In this document: one piece after another, positions 63,151 to 64,000 of the stretch
Position numbering within the stretch: position 1 is the stretch's first letter
How the letters are laid out: the number at the start of each line of letters is the position of its first letter
Source: Candidatus Hydrogenedentota bacterium
GTDB lineage: Bacteria; Hydrogenedentota; Hydrogenedentia; Hydrogenedentales; SLHB01
Reading direction: 5' to 3'
Length of the DNA stretch: 64,000 nucleotides
NCBI GenBank assembly: GCA_963745075.1
Contig: CAVUWV010000018.1
Span: 192,001 to 256,000 of the forward strand
Translations under genes and position numbers: made by a program
Notes under the pieces: generated by a model
Told to the model about the DNA's origin: nothing
Database searches by the model: none
The model's input: the letters and a program-made list of their open reading frames with translations, nothing else

Positions 63151-63843
63151 GTGAAGCGGAGAGGATTTCTTGGTGCGGTATTCGGCCTGTGTGTTGCGGC
63201 AGCCCTGTCGATACCGGCGGCCGGTCAAGAACTCGCGCTGAAACAAGCCCAAGTCGATCCCCCGGACACGGTCGCCGCGGAGATGCGCGGTTTGCTCGAT
63301 ACGAACGCCGTTCAGCTCCTGGACGGAGACAAGCCCGTTTTCGAATTCTGGTTCCGGAAAGACGTGCCGCTGTCCGGGAAACCTGGCGACGGCACATCCG
63401 CCCTGTCCCTGCTGAAAGAAGTCACCTATATCGGCGTCGTGAATGTGCACGAGCGGCGCAAGGACTTCCGCAACGACGACGTCGAGCCCGGTGTGTACAC
63501 GATGCGTTTGGGCATTCTGCCAACGGACGGCAACCATCTTGGCGTAGCGCCCTTTCCCTACATGGCGATTCTGGTACCGGCCAAGTACGACAAAGGGCTC
63601 GACGCCATTCCCGACCACGATACCCTCGCGGATTTGAGCGGACAGGACACCTACGCCGAACACCCCAGCACGCTGAGTCTCCAACCGCTCGGCGATGACG
63701 AGGCCAAAGGCGATTTTCCACGAACCGGCGAAGGCGGGGACGACTGGAAGTTTCTCTTCGTAAAACTCTCCGCAAAAGTCAACGGCGACGGCGCAGCCGA
63801 ACTGCCGTTCAAAATGGTCTACGAGGGCCACGGGCAAATCTGA
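63151..63843 (+). CDS. Exported hypothetical protein
   Basis: RRGFLG signal; DFR...PGVYTMR...P.DGNHLG; AAGGAG RBS. Confidence 0.7.
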   Translation: MKRRGFLGAVFGLCVAAALSIPAAGQELALKQAQVDPPDTVAAEMRGLLDTNAVQLLDGDKPVFEFWFRKDVPLSGKPGDGTSALSLLKEVTYIGVVNVHERRKDFRNDDVEPGVYTMRLGILPTDGNHLGVAPFPYMAILVPAKYDKGLDAIPDHDTLADLSGQDTYAEHPSTLSLQPLGDDEAKGDFPRTGEGGDDWKFLFVKLSAKVNGDGAAELPFKMVYEGHGQI

Positions 63844-63900
63844 CGACACACCAGATTCCAGGGTTCCGGCGCGATCGTGCGGGCCGATTCCGCAGACGAC

Positions 63901-63930
63901 ATCCCCCTTGATCCCCCTTCAAAGGGGGAA
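63901..63930. repeat. Short palindromic REP-like element
   Basis: ATCCCCCTT direct repeat plus TCCCCCTTCAAAGGGGGA hairpin. Confidence 0.5.
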
Positions 63931-64000
63931 ATGCGCACCCCTCATTCGTGGTGGTAGATATTGTCACTCGCGTTGATACGAAGTCGTCGTTTGCCCCAAA

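Noticed and set aside
61933..63849. 638-aa antisense ORF and similar long shadow ORFs (e.g. 24588..26180, 12589..14124, 18688..20199)
   Set aside because: Opposite well-supported genes, no motifs; expected from high-GC codon bias.

Overview
GC-rich bacterial chromosomal segment. The gene content (Tat-exported sulfatases and glycosidases, FGE-sulfatase fusion, ECF sigma factor fused to carboxypeptidase-regulatory-like repeats) is suggestive of Ca. Hydrogenedentota or a PVC-like lineage; this is inference only. No rRNA, tRNA, CRISPR or transposase was recognised. About 45 CDS are present, mostly carbohydrate/sulfate hydrolases, plus two toxin-antitoxin pairs, a PilT/PilU ATPase, an mddA gene under a sigma-54 activator, and a PaoABC/Xdh-like molybdoenzyme operon with XdhC and MocA. 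Seven genes are broken by single-base indels, mostly in short homopolymers, which looks like long-read assembly error. Two things stand out. (1) Directly downstream of a thermolysin-family (M4) protease is an array of three paralogous 52-59 aa peptides (1280-1913), not called as such by the ORF track, sharing a basic MRRxK leader, a PAxx|[F/I] junction and a fixed-register C-x12/13-C-Y core. (2) A translationally coupled five-gene operon (21931-30727) combines a B12/radical-SAM-fold protein lacking the CxxxCxxC motif, a ketosynthase with His-to-Gln at its third catalytic position, a membrane histidine kinase, a His-less pseudokinase and a sigma-54 response regulator, behind a sigma-70 promoter overlapped by three NrdR-like boxes at exact 30-bp spacing.
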